This document shows positions 9,364 to 20,912 of a stretch of DNA of 64,000 bases, piece after piece. The DNA comes from Pontimonas sp. (GTDB lineage Bacteria; Actinomycetota; Actinomycetes; Actinomycetales; Microbacteriaceae). The notes under the pieces were generated by a model that was not told where the DNA came from, made no database searches, and saw nothing but the letters and a program-made list of their open reading frames with translations. The stretch spans positions 2,525 through 66,524 of the forward strand of contig JBMSHQ010000001.1 of NCBI GenBank assembly GCA_049416945.1, written 5' to 3'. Each line of letters opens with the position of its first letter. The stretch's first letter is position 1. Position numbers and translations under genes: made by a program.

Positions 9364-10397
9364 GCCGGGTCGTCGTCGGATTTAGTTCCGAAGACGATGT
9401 CGTCCCAGCTCGGCATCTCGGGGCGGTCCTTACGACTGCTCGGCTTGGGTGGAACGGGCTGGTCGGGAACTTCCTCGTCGAGGGGTTCGTCGTCGTCGGG
9501 TGTGAAGCTCAAATGGTGAACGGACGCGCCGGGGCTGTCGTCAGAGACAATTCGGATGCTTCCCGTCGACGGGTGCGCATTGCGCGCGTCATCTTCATAC
9601 TCGGGCGCAGGTTCCCGCTCGCCGCGTCGTCGCCGAAGCGCCTCGAGCAAGTCCGCCGTGTTGTTTGACGCGTCCTCGCTCTGTGCCGGAATCGTCCCGG
9701 TGTTTCGCCCATAAGGAACCGGCTCCAGCAACGGCCCGGTTTCGTGGAGCGACATGTCTTCAAAGATTTCGGTGTCGAACCGATCCCCCTCGGGGTGCTC
9801 TTCCGTTGCCGTGACCGGACGCAGTTTCGGAATTAGGGGACCCTGGATTGGCTGTTCTTGGCTCAAGACCGTCGCGTCGTCGTTGAGCGGGGTGAGGATG
9901 TGTTTGCGCGGATCAAATGACCAGAGGGCTCGGTGTTCGACGTCATTTTCGCTAAACAGTACCTCCACCATCCAGCCGGACTCCTCTTTCCAGGCTGACC
10001 ACTGGGGTTCGCTCGCTCCCAGCTCTTCCAGACGCGCCGAAATGGCGTGACCAAAGGTCCCCGAGCCGTCGCGCTCACCGGATGCTTTTCCGAACGTGAT
10101 GAGCTGCGCCTGATCAACGATGAACTCTCGCTCGGCCACGACCGGTCCTTCAAAGAGGGCAACGTATTCCACCGTTTCGCCCGTGAGGTCAGCGACCTGC
10201 TGAGCGCTGAGCCCCCGGCGGAAGTGGGCCTGGATGTCACGGGGTGACACGCGCTTGGCGCTACTGGGCTTGGCGTTGGTCGCCTTCTTCACCGCGTCAA
10301 TCAAGGGCGAGGTCATCGGAATCTGGAAACGCTCACCCGAGTCGGAGACAACAATCAGGGCTTCGCCCTCAACTCCGACCACAGTGAGTGTGTGCAT
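9360..10397 (-). CDS. sepH: Septation protein SepH (DUF3071)
   Basis: SPRDIQAHFRRGLSAQQVA HTH, FEGPVVAERE, C-terminal MPSWDDIVFG. Confidence 0.88.
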   Translation of the reverse strand: MHTLTVVGVEGEALIVVSDSGERFQIPMTSPLIDAVKKATNAKPSSAKRVSPRDIQAHFRRGLSAQQVADLTGETVEYVALFEGPVVAEREFIVDQAQLITFGKASGERDGSGTFGHAISARLEELGASEPQWSAWKEESGWMVEVLFSENDVEHRALWSFDPRKHILTPLNDDATVLSQEQPIQGPLIPKLRPVTATEEHPEGDRFDTEIFEDMSLHETGPLLEPVPYGRNTGTIPAQSEDASNNTADLLEALRRRRGEREPAPEYEDDARNAHPSTGSIRIVSDDSPGASVHHLSFTPDDDEPLDEEVPDQPVPPKPSSRKDRPEMPSWDDIVFGTKSDDDPA

Positions 10398-10606
10398 TGC
10401 GCCTCCCAGAAATCTCCCCACTAGGATGGCATGGCCCTGCCGGGCTTTCGAGTGTTGGTGGGGCGTGGCGAAAAACGGAAATATTCCCAGCCTCTCGCGT
10501 GTTGTGGGTGGTTATGGGGATAATTCCGGGGAAACTCTAGGGGTTATCAGACACAGTGTCTGCTGACCGCCATCGGACAAAGCGAAGGGTAGGGAAGTCT
10601 CCAGAC

Positions 10607-10900
10607 ATGGCCACTGACTACGACGCGCCAAGAAAGACCGACGACGACACTGAATCGCTGCAAGCACTGCAGGAGCGAGTACCGGACAAGCTCTCCGGAC
10701 AAGTCGACGCCGACGACGCGGACAACCCCGGGAGTGTTGAACTCTCAGGTCAGGACCTTGCCAACGTCGAACTCGACGTTGTTGTCTTGCCGCCACAGGC
10801 CGACGAATTCACCTGTGTCGAATGTTTCATCGTGAAACACCGCTCCCAGCGTCACCACGACAGCAAACTGGGTCCCGTCTGCGCGGAGTGCGCGGGCTAA
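10607..10900 (+). CDS. DUF4193 family protein
   Basis: MATDYDAPRK...PPQADEFTCVECFIVKHRSQ...CAEC. Confidence 0.9.
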   Translation: MATDYDAPRKTDDDTESLQALQERVPDKLSGQVDADDADNPGSVELSGQDLANVELDVVVLPPQADEFTCVECFIVKHRSQRHHDSKLGPVCAECAG

Positions 10901-11340
10901 CCCTTGTGAAGTGACTGCCAGGTCGACACCACGGTGTCCGGGCGGCGGGTAGACACAAGCCAATAGGGCGTCGGGTCATCGGGGTCGTTTAGGGTGACCT
11001 TCACGGCGGGTCCCACCCATGGTCTTAGAACCAGCCATGCGCGGGCATCGAGCCTGACGCTCTTTTCTGCTCGAGCGTCGTCTCCCGTGATGGGCTCGAT
11101 CGCTTCGACGTGGTCCCATTCAACGAAGGCAGGCCCAGCCCGAAAACCGTGAGGGGTGAGGGAGACTGCGGGGCTAAAAAACCACAGCGCACCCACCGCC
11201 CCGAGCCAGAAAACGAGTCCCGTGACAACACCCACGAAGAGGCTGAGTGGCAGAAAAATCAGCACGGAAGTGGGAACGACCAAGAACACGGCGAGCACCA
11301 TCCACCATGAGGGCGAGAGCCTCTCTGAATACTCCGTCAC
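10897..11340 (-). CDS. DUF3093 family membrane protein
   Basis: YSERLSPSWW, two TM segments, DPDDPTPYWLVSTRRP; divergent from dut. Confidence 0.85.
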   Translation of the reverse strand: MTEYSERLSPSWWMVLAVFLVVPTSVLIFLPLSLFVGVVTGLVFWLGAVGALWFFSPAVSLTPHGFRAGPAFVEWDHVEAIEPITGDDARAEKSVRLDARAWLVLRPWVGPAVKVTLNDPDDPTPYWLVSTRRPDTVVSTWQSLHKG

Positions 11341-11371
11341 ACTGCTATTGCACCACGTATAGCCTGGGAGC

Positions 11372-11827
11372 ATGCAGCCACTCGATCAGGTTCGCGTCCT
11401 CGTCACGGGGCAGCCTCCCCGCTACGCCCAGCCCGGCGACGCGGGTATGGACCTTTCCTCGTCCGTCAACATCACCCTCGAGCCGGGGGCAAGGGCCCTG
11501 GTCTCAACGGGTGTATCCATCGCGCTACCGGAGGGCTATGTCGGCCTGGTGACGCCTCGAAGTGGCCTCGCCCTCAAGCACGGGATCAGCATGGTGAATG
11601 CCCCCGGGGTGATTGATGCTGGCTATCGCGGAGAAATTGGCCTGATTTTGTGGAACACCGACCAACGTGAGTCCTTCACAATCTCTGCAGGGGATCGAAT
11701 CGGCCAATTATTGGTGATGCCCATTTCTCATGCGGTGATGACCGTAGTTGATAGTCTTCCCGGGTCGACCCGCGGACGAGGTGGTTTTGGTTCCACGGGA
11801 ATCCGCTCGGAAGGAACATCAGAGTGA
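11372..11827 (+). CDS. dut: dUTP diphosphatase
   Basis: GDAGMDL, PRSGLA, GVIDAGYRGEI, RGRGGFGSTG. Confidence 0.96.
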   Translation: MQPLDQVRVLVTGQPPRYAQPGDAGMDLSSSVNITLEPGARALVSTGVSIALPEGYVGLVTPRSGLALKHGISMVNAPGVIDAGYRGEIGLILWNTDQRESFTISAGDRIGQLLVMPISHAVMTVVDSLPGSTRGRGGFGSTGIRSEGTSE

Positions 11828-12450
11828 CCGATATCAGCAGTGGCTTAGCAGCTGACGAGTTCGAATACCCGAAATCTGCGCCCGCTGATCGGGCAGAAAA
11901 CGGCCCGTTTGACGACCAGGAAAGCGGCAGCGTCAAGCCCGCTATTGACCTCGGTTCGCTTCGGGTGGAACCGCGGCGCGGTCTACAAATGCGGCTCGAA
12001 GTCGAAAAAGGCGCATCGCGCGTTGTTGCCGTCACCCTGGAGTACCAAGGGTCGACGGTGCAGGTTCAACCGTTTGCGGCTCCCCGCTCGTCGGGATTGT
12101 GGCTCGGTATTCGTGACCAAATTTCCGCCCAGGTCACCAAGCAGGGTGGTGAGGTCACGCCACAGGATGGCCCGTTTGGCCCTGAATTACTCGCGACGGT
12201 CCCCGTTCAAAGCGGACAGGGCTATTCCAAGCGCACTGTTCGGTTCATCGGTGTCGATGGCCCGCGTTGGTTCCTCCGTGGAGTGATCGGCGGCCCCGCG
12301 GCCGTGGAAGCAGAAGCGGCCGAGATTATTCATGAGATATTCCGCAACATTGTTGTTGTACGCGGCGTTACCCCCATGCCACCGCGTGAGCTTCTTCCTC
12401 TGAAAGTGCCACAAGGGGGAGGGGCCGAGCAGGCCCCGACCGAGGCGTGA
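11824..12450 (+). CDS. DUF3710 family protein
   Basis: GPFD, FAAPRSSGLW, RFIGVDGPRWFLRGV; follows dut. Confidence 0.88.
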   Translation: MTDISSGLAADEFEYPKSAPADRAENGPFDDQESGSVKPAIDLGSLRVEPRRGLQMRLEVEKGASRVVAVTLEYQGSTVQVQPFAAPRSSGLWLGIRDQISAQVTKQGGEVTPQDGPFGPELLATVPVQSGQGYSKRTVRFIGVDGPRWFLRGVIGGPAAVEAEAAEIIHEIFRNIVVVRGVTPMPPRELLPLKVPQGGGAEQAPTEA

Positions 12451-13160
12451 ATTCGCCTGCTGACGATAGTGCTGCAGCCGACGCGCTGCGGAAGAGTCTC
12501 GAGAGCTCACCCTTTGCCGCGGTGACTCCGGGGTCGACCCCCACCGCCCACGATATTTGGGGTGCCGTGGGCGGTCCGCGTGGCTTAGTGGAATCGCTAC
12601 TTCCTGGTGCGAGCTTTCTCCTGGTCTACTCACTCACTCAGTCACTGCTGTGGAGTGTGGCCGCTCCCGTAGCCGTGTCAATCGGTTTTATCGTGACGCG
12701 ACTCATTCAACGCAGCCCCATCCAGCCGGCATTGGTGGGCTTCCTTGGCATCATGGCCTCGGCAGCTGTTGCGGTGTTATCCGGCCGTCCGGAGAACAAC
12801 TTTGTTTTGGGGTTGTGGGTCAATGGCATCAGCCTTGCCGTGTTGTTGGTGTCCGTTCTACTAGGCCGGCCTCTCATCGGCGTGATTGCCGGTTTGCTGA
12901 CCTCAGACCCGCTGTGGCATCGCGACCGCGCGAAACGCGTCATGGCCATAGTCGCGACGGGACTGTGGATGGGCATGTTTGGCCTGCGTTTAGCAGTCCA
13001 AGTGCCGCTGTATCTCGCGGGTTCAGAAGCAGTGCAGGCGTTGGCTATGGCACGGCTGCTCATGGGTCTGCCTCTGTACGGCGCGACACTATGGCTCACC
13101 TGGCTTCTGCTGCGCTCCGTTTATCAGGGTGCAAGCGAGCAGCCAGCTGATAGAATTTAG
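12447..13160 (+). CDS. DUF3159 family membrane protein
   Basis: VGGPRGLVES, multiple TM helices, RLAVQVPLY, RLLMGLPL. Confidence 0.85.
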   Translation: MNSPADDSAAADALRKSLESSPFAAVTPGSTPTAHDIWGAVGGPRGLVESLLPGASFLLVYSLTQSLLWSVAAPVAVSIGFIVTRLIQRSPIQPALVGFLGIMASAAVAVLSGRPENNFVLGLWVNGISLAVLLVSVLLGRPLIGVIAGLLTSDPLWHRDRAKRVMAIVATGLWMGMFGLRLAVQVPLYLAGSEAVQALAMARLLMGLPLYGATLWLTWLLLRSVYQGASEQPADRI

Positions 13161-13193
13161 CTTCACGTCAAGATAATTTGGAGGACGTTTTTC

Positions 13194-15884
13194 ATGCCCA
13201 GTCTCAACTCTCTTGGATCCCGCGACACCCTCACCGTCGGGGGAGTGAACCACGAGATCTACCGCATCGACGCCGTACCAGGTTCGGGCTCACTTCCGTT
13301 CTCCCTCAAAGTGCTTTTAGAAAACCTCCTGCGCACAGAAGACGGCAAGAACGTAACCGAGGCCCAGATTCGTGCGTTGGGGAACTGGGACCCCACTGCC
13401 GAGCCCGATACCGAAATCCAATACACCCCGGCCCGCGTCGTCCTCCAAGACTTCACCGGTGTTCCCTGCATCGTCGACCTCGCCACCATGCGCGAGGCCA
13501 TCGTCGACCTCGGTGGGGACCCTCAAAAAGTGAACCCCCTGTCTCCGGCCGAGCTCGTGATTGACCACTCGGTCATTGCGGATTTGTTTGGCCAGGAAAA
13601 CGCGTTTCAGCGCAACGTAGAAATCGAATACGAACGCAACGGAGAGCGTTACCAGTTCTTGCGTTGGGGCCAGACCGCCTTCGATAACTTCAAGGTCGTT
13701 CCCCCCGGAACGGGCATCGTGCACCAGGTGAACATTGAGCACCTCGCCAAAGTGGTCTACACCCGTGAGGTGGATGGAGTTCTGCAAGCCTTCCCCGACA
13801 CCTGTGTGGGAACCGACTCGCACACCACCATGGTCAACGGTCTTGGTGTGCTGGGGTGGGGTGTTGGTGGCATCGAAGCAGAAGCCGCCATGTTGGGCCA
13901 GCCCGTCTCCATGTTGATTCCCCGAGTGGTGGGCTTCAAACTCACCGGCTCGATTCCCACCGGTGTCACTGCCACCGACGTCGTTCTCACCATCACGCAG
14001 AAGCTGCGTGAGCACGGTGTGGTGGGAAAGTTTGTTGAGTTCTACGGGGCAGGTGTGGCCGAGGTGCCATTGGCAAACCGTGCCACCATCGGAAACATGA
14101 GCCCCGAGTTTGGCTCCACCGCGGCGATGTTCCCCATCGACCAGGTCACCCTTGACTACCTTGCCCTCACCGGTCGCGACAAAAATCTGCTCGCCCTGGT
14201 TGAGGCCTACGCCAAAGAGCAGGGTTTGTGGCACGACCCTTCAAATGAACCCTCGTTCAGTGAGTACCTGGAGCTCGACCTCTCCACCGTGGTGCCGAGC
14301 ATCGCTGGCCCACGTCGTCCGCAGGACCGCATCGAGGTCTCACGTGCGAAAGATCAGTTTGCTTCGGACCTGCCCGGGTATGTCCAACCCGGTAAAGAAA
14401 AGCAGGCGGTCTCGGTCTCGACAGGGTCCGAATCGTTTGAACTCACCAACGGAGCCGTCACCATCGCCGCGATCACGTCCTGCACCAACACCTCAAACCC
14501 CTCGGTAATGCTCGCGGCGGGTCTTCTCGCCCGCAACGCTGCCCAGAAGGGCTTGAAGTCCAAGCCATGGGTCAAGACCACCCTCGCCCCGGGATCCAAA
14601 GTCGTCACCGACTATTACGAGAAAGCCGGGCTGATGGACGACTTGGAGAAGCTCGGCTTCTACCTCGTGGGCTACGGCTGCACCACCTGTATTGGAAACT
14701 CGGGGCCACTGGCCGATGAAATCTCCCAAGCCATCAATGACAACGACCTCGCTGTGACCGCGGTGCTCTCGGGTAACCGCAACTTCGAGGGTCGAATCAA
14801 CCCCGATGTGAAAATGAACTACCTGGCGAGCCCACCGCTGGTGATTGCCTACGCTCTCGCCGGCACCATGGACTTTGACTTTGAAAGCCAACCGCTTGGG
14901 GTCGACGCGGAGGGACATGACGTGTTCTTGCGCGACATTTGGCCGAGCGCCGCTGAGGTCCAGCAGACCATCGACACCTCCATTGATACGGACATGTTCG
15001 ACAAGGAATATGCCGCTGTGTTTGACGGTGACGAGAGGTGGCGTTCGCTGCCCACCCCGACCGGCGACACCTTTGAGTGGGCTGACTCCTCAACGTATGT
15101 GCGGAAACCGCCGTATTTCGAGGGGATGACGGCGCAACCAGAACCCGTCTCTGACATTTCTGGGGCCCGGGTTCTCGCTTTGCTCGGAGACTCAGTCACC
15201 ACCGACCACATCTCGCCTGCCGGCTCGATTCGCGTGGATAGTCCCGCAGGGAAGTACTTGACCGAGCACGGTATTGACCGACTCGATTTCAACTCCTATG
15301 GCTCGCGCCGCGGAAACCACGAGGTGATGATTCGTGGAACCTTCGCCAACATTCGGCTGAAGAACCTGTTACTCGATGGTGTTGAAGGTGGGTACACCCG
15401 TGACTTCACCAGTGCTGACGGGGAACAAACGTTCATCTATGACGCCGCGGAGCGCTACCGCGTGGAGGGCACTCCGCTGGTGATTCTGGCGGGTAAAGAA
15501 TACGGTTCGGGCTCGTCCCGCGACTGGGCTGCCAAGGGAACCCGTTTGCTCGGGGTCAAGGCGGTTATCGCTGAGTCATTCGAGCGCATCCACCGATCCA
15601 ACCTCATTGGTATGGGCGTGATTCCACTGCAGTTCCCTGCCGGGCAAACCGCAGCATCGCTCGGACTCGATGGAACAGAAACCTTCAGCATTGCGGGTAT
15701 CGAGCAGTTGAATGCGGGCACCACTCCGAAGACGGTGACCGTCACTGCGAGCCCCAGCGAGCACTCGGCTGCCGGTAAAGAGCCGATTACCTTCGACGCT
15801 GTGGTGCGCATCGACACCCCAGGTGAAGCCGATTACTACCGCAACGGGGGAATCCTTCCCTACGTTCTAAGGCAGTTGGTCTAG
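13194..15884 (+). CDS. acnA: Aconitate hydratase A
   Basis: [42 protein letters not shown]; 896 aa. Confidence 0.97.
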   Translation: MPSLNSLGSRDTLTVGGVNHEIYRIDAVPGSGSLPFSLKVLLENLLRTEDGKNVTEAQIRALGNWDPTAEPDTEIQYTPARVVLQDFTGVPCIVDLATMREAIVDLGGDPQKVNPLSPAELVIDHSVIADLFGQENAFQRNVEIEYERNGERYQFLRWGQTAFDNFKVVPPGTGIVHQVNIEHLAKVVYTREVDGVLQAFPDTCVGTDSHTTMVNGLGVLGWGVGGIEAEAAMLGQPVSMLIPRVVGFKLTGSIPTGVTATDVVLTITQKLREHGVVGKFVEFYGAGVAEVPLANRATIGNMSPEFGSTAAMFPIDQVTLDYLALTGRDKNLLALVEAYAKEQGLWHDPSNEPSFSEYLELDLSTVVPSIAGPRRPQDRIEVSRAKDQFASDLPGYVQPGKEKQAVSVSTGSESFELTNGAVTIAAITSCTNTSNPSVMLAAGLLARNAAQKGLKSKPWVKTTLAPGSKVVTDYYEKAGLMDDLEKLGFYLVGYGCTTCIGNSGPLADEISQAINDNDLAVTAVLSGNRNFEGRINPDVKMNYLASPPLVIAYALAGTMDFDFESQPLGVDAEGHDVFLRDIWPSAAEVQQTIDTSIDTDMFDKEYAAVFDGDERWRSLPTPTGDTFEWADSSTYVRKPPYFEGMTAQPEPVSDISGARVLALLGDSVTTDHISPAGSIRVDSPAGKYLTEHGIDRLDFNSYGSRRGNHEVMIRGTFANIRLKNLLLDGVEGGYTRDFTSADGEQTFIYDAAERYRVEGTPLVILAGKEYGSGSSRDWAAKGTRLLGVKAVIAESFERIHRSNLIGMGVIPLQFPAGQTAASLGLDGTETFSIAGIEQLNAGTTPKTVTVTASPSEHSAAGKEPITFDAVVRIDTPGEADYYRNGGILPYVLRQLV

Positions 15885-15932
15885 CTCACCTGGAGATTTT
15901 CAGCTCGAACCTCATAGGCTTTGGGGGTGTCA

Positions 15933-17894
15933 ATGCTGGAGCGTATTAACCACCCGCGTGACCTCGATGGTCTGACGCTCGAGGAACTAGAAACCCTCGC
16001 GGCAGACATTCGTGAGTTCCTCATCAGAGAAGTCGCGCAGTCGGGTGGTCACCTCGGCCCGAACCTGGGGGTGGTGGAACTCACCATCGCTCTGCACCGA
16101 GTGTTCCACTCTCCTGATGACCCGTTTATTTGGGACACCGGTCACCAGTCGTATGTGCACAAACTCCTGACCGGCCGTAAAGACTTCAGCAAGCTACGTC
16201 AACTGGGAGGCCTCGCGGGCTATCCGCAGCGATCCGAATCAGAACACGACATTGTCGAAAGCTCCCACGCGTCCTCGTCGCTCAGTTGGGCCGAAGGCAT
16301 TTCTCGCGGATTCCACGTGTCAGGGAAAAAGAATCGCCACGTCATTGCCGTCGTAGGTGATGGTGCTCTGACTGGGGGGATGACCTGGGAAGCACTGAAC
16401 AACATCTCCGACGACAACAATCGCAACTTAGTCATTGTTGTCAACGACAACGGACGCTCCTATGCCCCCACCATTGGCGGGATGGCCCGATTCTTGGGTT
16501 CGGTGCGGACTCGACGCAGCTACCGCATTCTGCGAGGCGGGTCCGAGACACTCTTCGGTCTCTTCGGCGCCCCCGGCAAGGCGCTCTATCGCGGCATTCG
16601 CGGGGGAGTTCGCGGGTTTGTGTCTCGCTTTGCCAATAATGAGGCGCTGTATTCCAACCTCGACATCAAATATGTGGGACCGATTGATGGGCACAACCTC
16701 GGCGACCTCGAACGAGCCCTGCAACAGGCAAAGTCCTACCGCCAACCGGTGATTGTTCACGTCATTACCGAAAAAGGTCGCGGCTACGAGCCCGCGAGAA
16801 ACGACGAAGCAGACCAGTTCCACGCGGTCGGCCAAATCGACCCCGCCACTGGAGAGTCTGTGAGCTCCAGTAGTGCGCTGGGCTGGACCGACGTGTTCGC
16901 ACAGGCCATGGTCGTTGAAGCGGAGAAGAACGACAAGGTCGTCGGAATCACGGCGGCCATGCTCCGCCCCACGGGGTTGTATGACATGTCGAAGAAATTC
17001 CCCAACCGAGTGTTTGATGTGGGAATTGCCGAACAGCACGCCGTGGCGAGTGCCGCTGGCCTGGCTTACGGAGGACTACATCCCGTCGTCGCGATCTATG
17101 CGACATTCATTAATCGGGCCTTTGACCAAGTGCTGATGGACGTGGCTCTGCATAAAGCCGGTGTGACCTTTGTGCTTGACCGCGCTGGAGTCACCGGCCC
17201 GGACGGGGCGAGTCACCACGGAATGTGGGACTTGGCCGTGTTGCAGGTAGTGCCGGGTATCCGCATTGCCGCCCCACGCGATGGTGAACGCCTCGCGGAA
17301 GAACTTCACGAAGCCATTGGTGTGGACGATGCTCCCACCGTGATTCGCTTCCCCCGAGGCTCAGTATCGCCCGAACTTCCCGCTATCCGTCGCACCCAAG
17401 ACGGCGTCGATGTGTTGCGCGAGGCTGCTCATAAAGACGTCCTGATTGTGGCGGTAGGGGCGATGGCGTCCCTCGCCCTGGAGGTGGCATCGCGCCTCGC
17501 CGATCAGGGAATCGGTGCCACCGTTGTCGACCCCCGCTGGGTGGTCCCTGTTGCCGGGAGCATTGTCGAGATGGCGCGCGACCACCGCATCGTGGTCAGC
17601 ATTGAAGATGGAACCCGGGTCGGGGGAGTGGGAACACGGATTCGCCAGGAGCTTCGCCGCGCCGGAGTGGACACCGCAGTAGACGAAATCGGCCTGCCCG
17701 ATGAATTTCTCGACCACGGCTCGAGAAACGAAATTCTCGCTCACGCGGGTTTGACAGCCCAAGATATTGCGCGAAACCTGGTAGCCCAAGTGCTGGGAAA
17801 GAAAGTTCCCATCGCCCGCCCACTGCCCGAAGAAAGTGCCTCTCACGAGGAGTTTGAGCGAGCCTCATCGCCGGAGGCCGACCAAGAGCGCTAA
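15933..17894 (+). CDS. dxs: 1-deoxy-D-xylulose-5-phosphate synthase
   Basis: GGHLGPNLGVVEL, DTGHQSY, GDGALTGG, GIAEQHA, DGASHHG. Confidence 0.96.
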   Translation: MLERINHPRDLDGLTLEELETLAADIREFLIREVAQSGGHLGPNLGVVELTIALHRVFHSPDDPFIWDTGHQSYVHKLLTGRKDFSKLRQLGGLAGYPQRSESEHDIVESSHASSSLSWAEGISRGFHVSGKKNRHVIAVVGDGALTGGMTWEALNNISDDNNRNLVIVVNDNGRSYAPTIGGMARFLGSVRTRRSYRILRGGSETLFGLFGAPGKALYRGIRGGVRGFVSRFANNEALYSNLDIKYVGPIDGHNLGDLERALQQAKSYRQPVIVHVITEKGRGYEPARNDEADQFHAVGQIDPATGESVSSSSALGWTDVFAQAMVVEAEKNDKVVGITAAMLRPTGLYDMSKKFPNRVFDVGIAEQHAVASAAGLAYGGLHPVVAIYATFINRAFDQVLMDVALHKAGVTFVLDRAGVTGPDGASHHGMWDLAVLQVVPGIRIAAPRDGERLAEELHEAIGVDDAPTVIRFPRGSVSPELPAIRRTQDGVDVLREAAHKDVLIVAVGAMASLALEVASRLADQGIGATVVDPRWVVPVAGSIVEMARDHRIVVSIEDGTRVGGVGTRIRQELRRAGVDTAVDEIGLPDEFLDHGSRNEILAHAGLTAQDIARNLVAQVLGKKVPIARPLPEESASHEEFERASSPEADQER

Positions 17895-19120
17895 GACGCG
17901 ACTGTGTTGAGATGCTCCGCGTGGGCAAACGCCTCAATCAGGAGTGGAACCGCGATGTCGCGTTGCCACCGACGCGCGCCCAACTGTTGGAGTTGCTGGT
18001 CAATGGCCACAGCCGAATGTGGGTCCTGAGGTTCCCAACACAGTCGCCTCAAATGCTCCGGAGTCAAAACATTTTCCGCGGGAATGTCTAGACGCTCCGC
18101 CTCGCGGGTGAGTAAATCTCGCCCGATCACAAAACGTCTATACGCCTCGGGCGCCCGGTCAGACCAGGCGCGCGGCGGGGGAAGTGAGTCGCCGGGTGCT
18201 TTCGTGGACGGCAGGTCGTCGGTAGTTTGCCCCCGCTGTATCGCCTCCCACCAGCGGTCCGCTTCTTTTCTGCTCGCGCGCCCGTGGAAGTTTTCTAAGC
18301 CCAAGAGCCCTTGGAGAGACGAAGGGTTCTTCACCGCCGCGTGAACAATCGAGCGGTCGGGAATCAATCGACCTGGTGCCACATCGAGCTGCTGTGCGAG
18401 TTCCTCTCGCGACAACCACAGCTCGCGGGCGACCGCGAGAGCCCGAGCGCCTCGAACCTGATGTAGGCCGGAGAGTCGACGCCACGGCTCTTTCCGCGGC
18501 ACAGGTGGGTCTTCGGTGATGATCGCGTGAAATTCTTCTTCCGCGTAGCTCCACTTTTGTGCCTCGGTGAGTTGACCGAAGAGCTCATCGCGAAGGTCGG
18601 GTAGTACTTCCACATCGAGCGCGGCGTAATGCAGCCACTCTTCCGGAAGCGGCCGGGTTGACCAGTCGGCCGCGGAGTGTTCCTTCGCGAGACTCATTCC
18701 CAAAAGATCCTCCACAGAACCCTGAAGTCCCACCCGAGCAAGACCCGCGATGCGCGCGGCCAATTCGGTGTCAAAAAGGCGCTGAGGTTCCATGCCCACT
18801 TCCCGCAGACTGGAAATGTCCTGTCGAGCGGCATGCAAAATCCACTCCTCCGAGCCAAAACGGTGGGTGAACTCCGAGAGATCAGGCAGTTCCAACGGGT
18901 CGACTAAATAGTTAGTCGTGCCCCTCCGGTAGACCTGGACGAGGTAGGCGCGGGGAGAGTAGCGAAAACCACTAGCGCGCTCGACATCGATGGCGAGAGG
19001 CCCAGAACCCTGAGCCAGTGACTCGAGAGCGATGGACCACTCGTCGGCCGAACGGATGAGTTCAATACCGTGTCGGGGCCGGTCGAGCCGAGTGAGTTGA
19101 CGGGGTTCTACCTCACCCAT
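17891..19120 (-). CDS. rnd: Ribonuclease D with HRDC domain
   Basis: AIDVERASG, LHAARQD, FDTELAA, DWSTRPL, YAALDVE. Confidence 0.9.
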   Translation of the reverse strand: MGEVEPRQLTRLDRPRHGIELIRSADEWSIALESLAQGSGPLAIDVERASGFRYSPRAYLVQVYRRGTTNYLVDPLELPDLSEFTHRFGSEEWILHAARQDISSLREVGMEPQRLFDTELAARIAGLARVGLQGSVEDLLGMSLAKEHSAADWSTRPLPEEWLHYAALDVEVLPDLRDELFGQLTEAQKWSYAEEEFHAIITEDPPVPRKEPWRRLSGLHQVRGARALAVARELWLSREELAQQLDVAPGRLIPDRSIVHAAVKNPSSLQGLLGLENFHGRASRKEADRWWEAIQRGQTTDDLPSTKAPGDSLPPPRAWSDRAPEAYRRFVIGRDLLTREAERLDIPAENVLTPEHLRRLCWEPQDPHSAVAIDQQLQQLGARRWQRDIAVPLLIEAFAHAEHLNTVAS

Positions 19121-19695
19121 TAGCGATTGCGACCGGCACGAAGCGCGGTGACTCCCTCAGCCTCAGGGGGGAAACCCGCCAACATGCACACAAATTCGCT
19201 CCACGCCGCGAGGTGGGAGGCGAGGGGTCCCGTCGGTGACCACGAGGCTCGCATTTCGATTTCTGTCCCCACCTCGTCAGATGCGAGTTCACCGAACCCT
19301 GTTGAAATGATGGTGCTCGAGGTTCCAGCCGCTCGTTGATACTGCGCGCCAGATGCCTCTAGCGCGTCGGTGAGCCACGTCCACGCCACCTTGGGCAGGA
19401 AGGGGTCTTCGCCCATTGCCTGCTCCAGCGGGGCTTTGGCAAAACAGACCATTCGAAATCGACCGGACCAGCCGTCTGGCTCGCTCGGGTCGTAGAGAAC
19501 GACAAGACGAGAAATTCCGTGGTCACCACCCGCCTTGGGATCCACCGTTGCCGACCATGCCACCGCATACGGGGCAATGCCCTCGGGTGCAGGAATCTCC
19601 GCCACGTCTAATTCGTCGCGGAAACGAAACGCCGACGTATCACCCAAAGCGTTCTGAAACTCTTGGGGCAATCCGCTGTGGTCGGTAGGACTCAT
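19120..19695 (-). CDS. DUF3000 family protein
   Basis: EIPAPEGIAP, DPFLPKVAWTWL, EMRASWSP; upstream of rnd. Confidence 0.85.
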   Translation of the reverse strand: MSPTDHSGLPQEFQNALGDTSAFRFRDELDVAEIPAPEGIAPYAVAWSATVDPKAGGDHGISRLVVLYDPSEPDGWSGRFRMVCFAKAPLEQAMGEDPFLPKVAWTWLTDALEASGAQYQRAAGTSSTIISTGFGELASDEVGTEIEMRASWSPTGPLASHLAAWSEFVCMLAGFPPEAEGVTALRAGRNR

Positions 19696-19749
19696 AGCTC
19701 AAGGGTAAGCCGGTGTCACAATCGGTGTGGTAAGCGCGCCGGGGTGTTC

Positions 19750-20472
19750 CTATCGCTCGATCCGGAGATACCGGAAATACAGGGATTTCAGGTCGTCGGT
19801 GAGGACGTGTTGAGCGGACCACTCGCCCCACTGGGCTTGCCACCACGGCAGCGGCGGATGATTTTCTGACAGGGGTGGCCCTGTCAACGTCATGCACACT
19901 TCATCGAGCACGCCGGTGTGGGCGAATGCTTCGGCAACACTGCGCCCACCCTCCACCAAGATGTGGTGGTAGGACAAGTCGCTCAGTACTCCGAGGATGT
20001 CCTCGGCCGACATTTTCTCGCTGTGCCCCACCTCGCTGTGTGAGGCAACACCTTCGGGAAAGAACGAACGCGGGTCAGATTGGGGGCTCGGTCCGGTCAG
20101 AATCATCACACCACCGGCGCGGAAGCTTGCCTCGGTGACCTTGTGGTCTCGAAGATCTCCGCTCGAGCTGAGGACAACCAGAGGCGCGTGAGCGGGAATG
20201 GGTACCGATTCGGAGCGCACCGTCTGCGCTCCGCACACCACCGCATCGGCGAGTCGACGTTGGGTGAGCAGAATGGAGCGATCGCCTGGGTTAGAGAGCG
20301 AGGTACTCGTGCCGTCAGGTCCCACGAGGCGACCACTGGGGGAGGAGATGAGGGAGAGTCGAACAGACCTCTCACCCTCGGGGCGATACCACTGCTCGAG
20401 TGTGGTCGGGGTCTCGACATCATCCAGCGGGAGCATTTCCCGTGGCTCGGGAAACACCCGATAAAGGTTCAC
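19750..20472 (-). CDS. RibD C-terminal / dihydrofolate reductase-family protein
   Basis: LSNPGDR, ADAVVCGAQTVRSE, ILVEGG, LDEVCMT; GTG overlaps the sufE stop. Confidence 0.78.
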   Translation of the reverse strand: MNLYRVFPEPREMLPLDDVETPTTLEQWYRPEGERSVRLSLISSPSGRLVGPDGTSTSLSNPGDRSILLTQRRLADAVVCGAQTVRSESVPIPAHAPLVVLSSSGDLRDHKVTEASFRAGGVMILTGPSPQSDPRSFFPEGVASHSEVGHSEKMSAEDILGVLSDLSYHHILVEGGRSVAEAFAHTGVLDEVCMTLTGPPLSENHPPLPWWQAQWGEWSAQHVLTDDLKSLYFRYLRIER

Positions 20473-20912
20473 GAGGTCTCGGCCACCTGGCGCTGAATTC
20501 GTGAGAGCATCCCAGACATCCCCCTCAACCTCAGAAAACTCACCGCCTTGTTTAATCCCAGCGACTGAGGAAAATCTCCCGGGACGGAGAGGATGGCGTC
20601 TCGATCGAGGCCTTCTAAGCCGTGAACCAGAATCGAGGCGAAACCGCGGGTCGTGGGGGCTTGTTTCGGGGCCGTGGCATAAACAACCGGCCGGGGGCCG
20701 TCCGTGTCGACGTGGATAAACACCGGGGATTGACACTCGACCACTTGTTCCCACGCGTCATCGGGGACCATTCCTTCGGGCACCTCGGGCAACGATTCGG
20801 AGAACTCCAAGAGCATCTGGAGTCGATCCGAGACCGAGAGGGCGAGGAAGTCATCGCGAATTTCCGCGAGTGAGCGGGGAAGCTCTCGCGATGATTCGCT
20901 AATCTCACTCAC
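20469..20912 (-). CDS. SufE family sulfur-acceptor protein
   Basis: [24 protein letters not shown]. Confidence 0.88.
   Translation of the reverse strand: MSEISESSRELPRSLAEIRDDFLALSVSDRLQMLLEFSESLPEVPEGMVPDDAWEQVVECQSPVFIHVDTDGPRPVVYATAPKQAPTTRGFASILVHGLEGLDRDAILSVPGDFPQSLGLNKAVSFLRLRGMSGMLSRIQRQVAETS

Noticed and set aside
13317-14234. 305-aa antisense ORF
   Set aside because: Shadow of acnA caused by GC-rich codon bias; no recognisable motifs.
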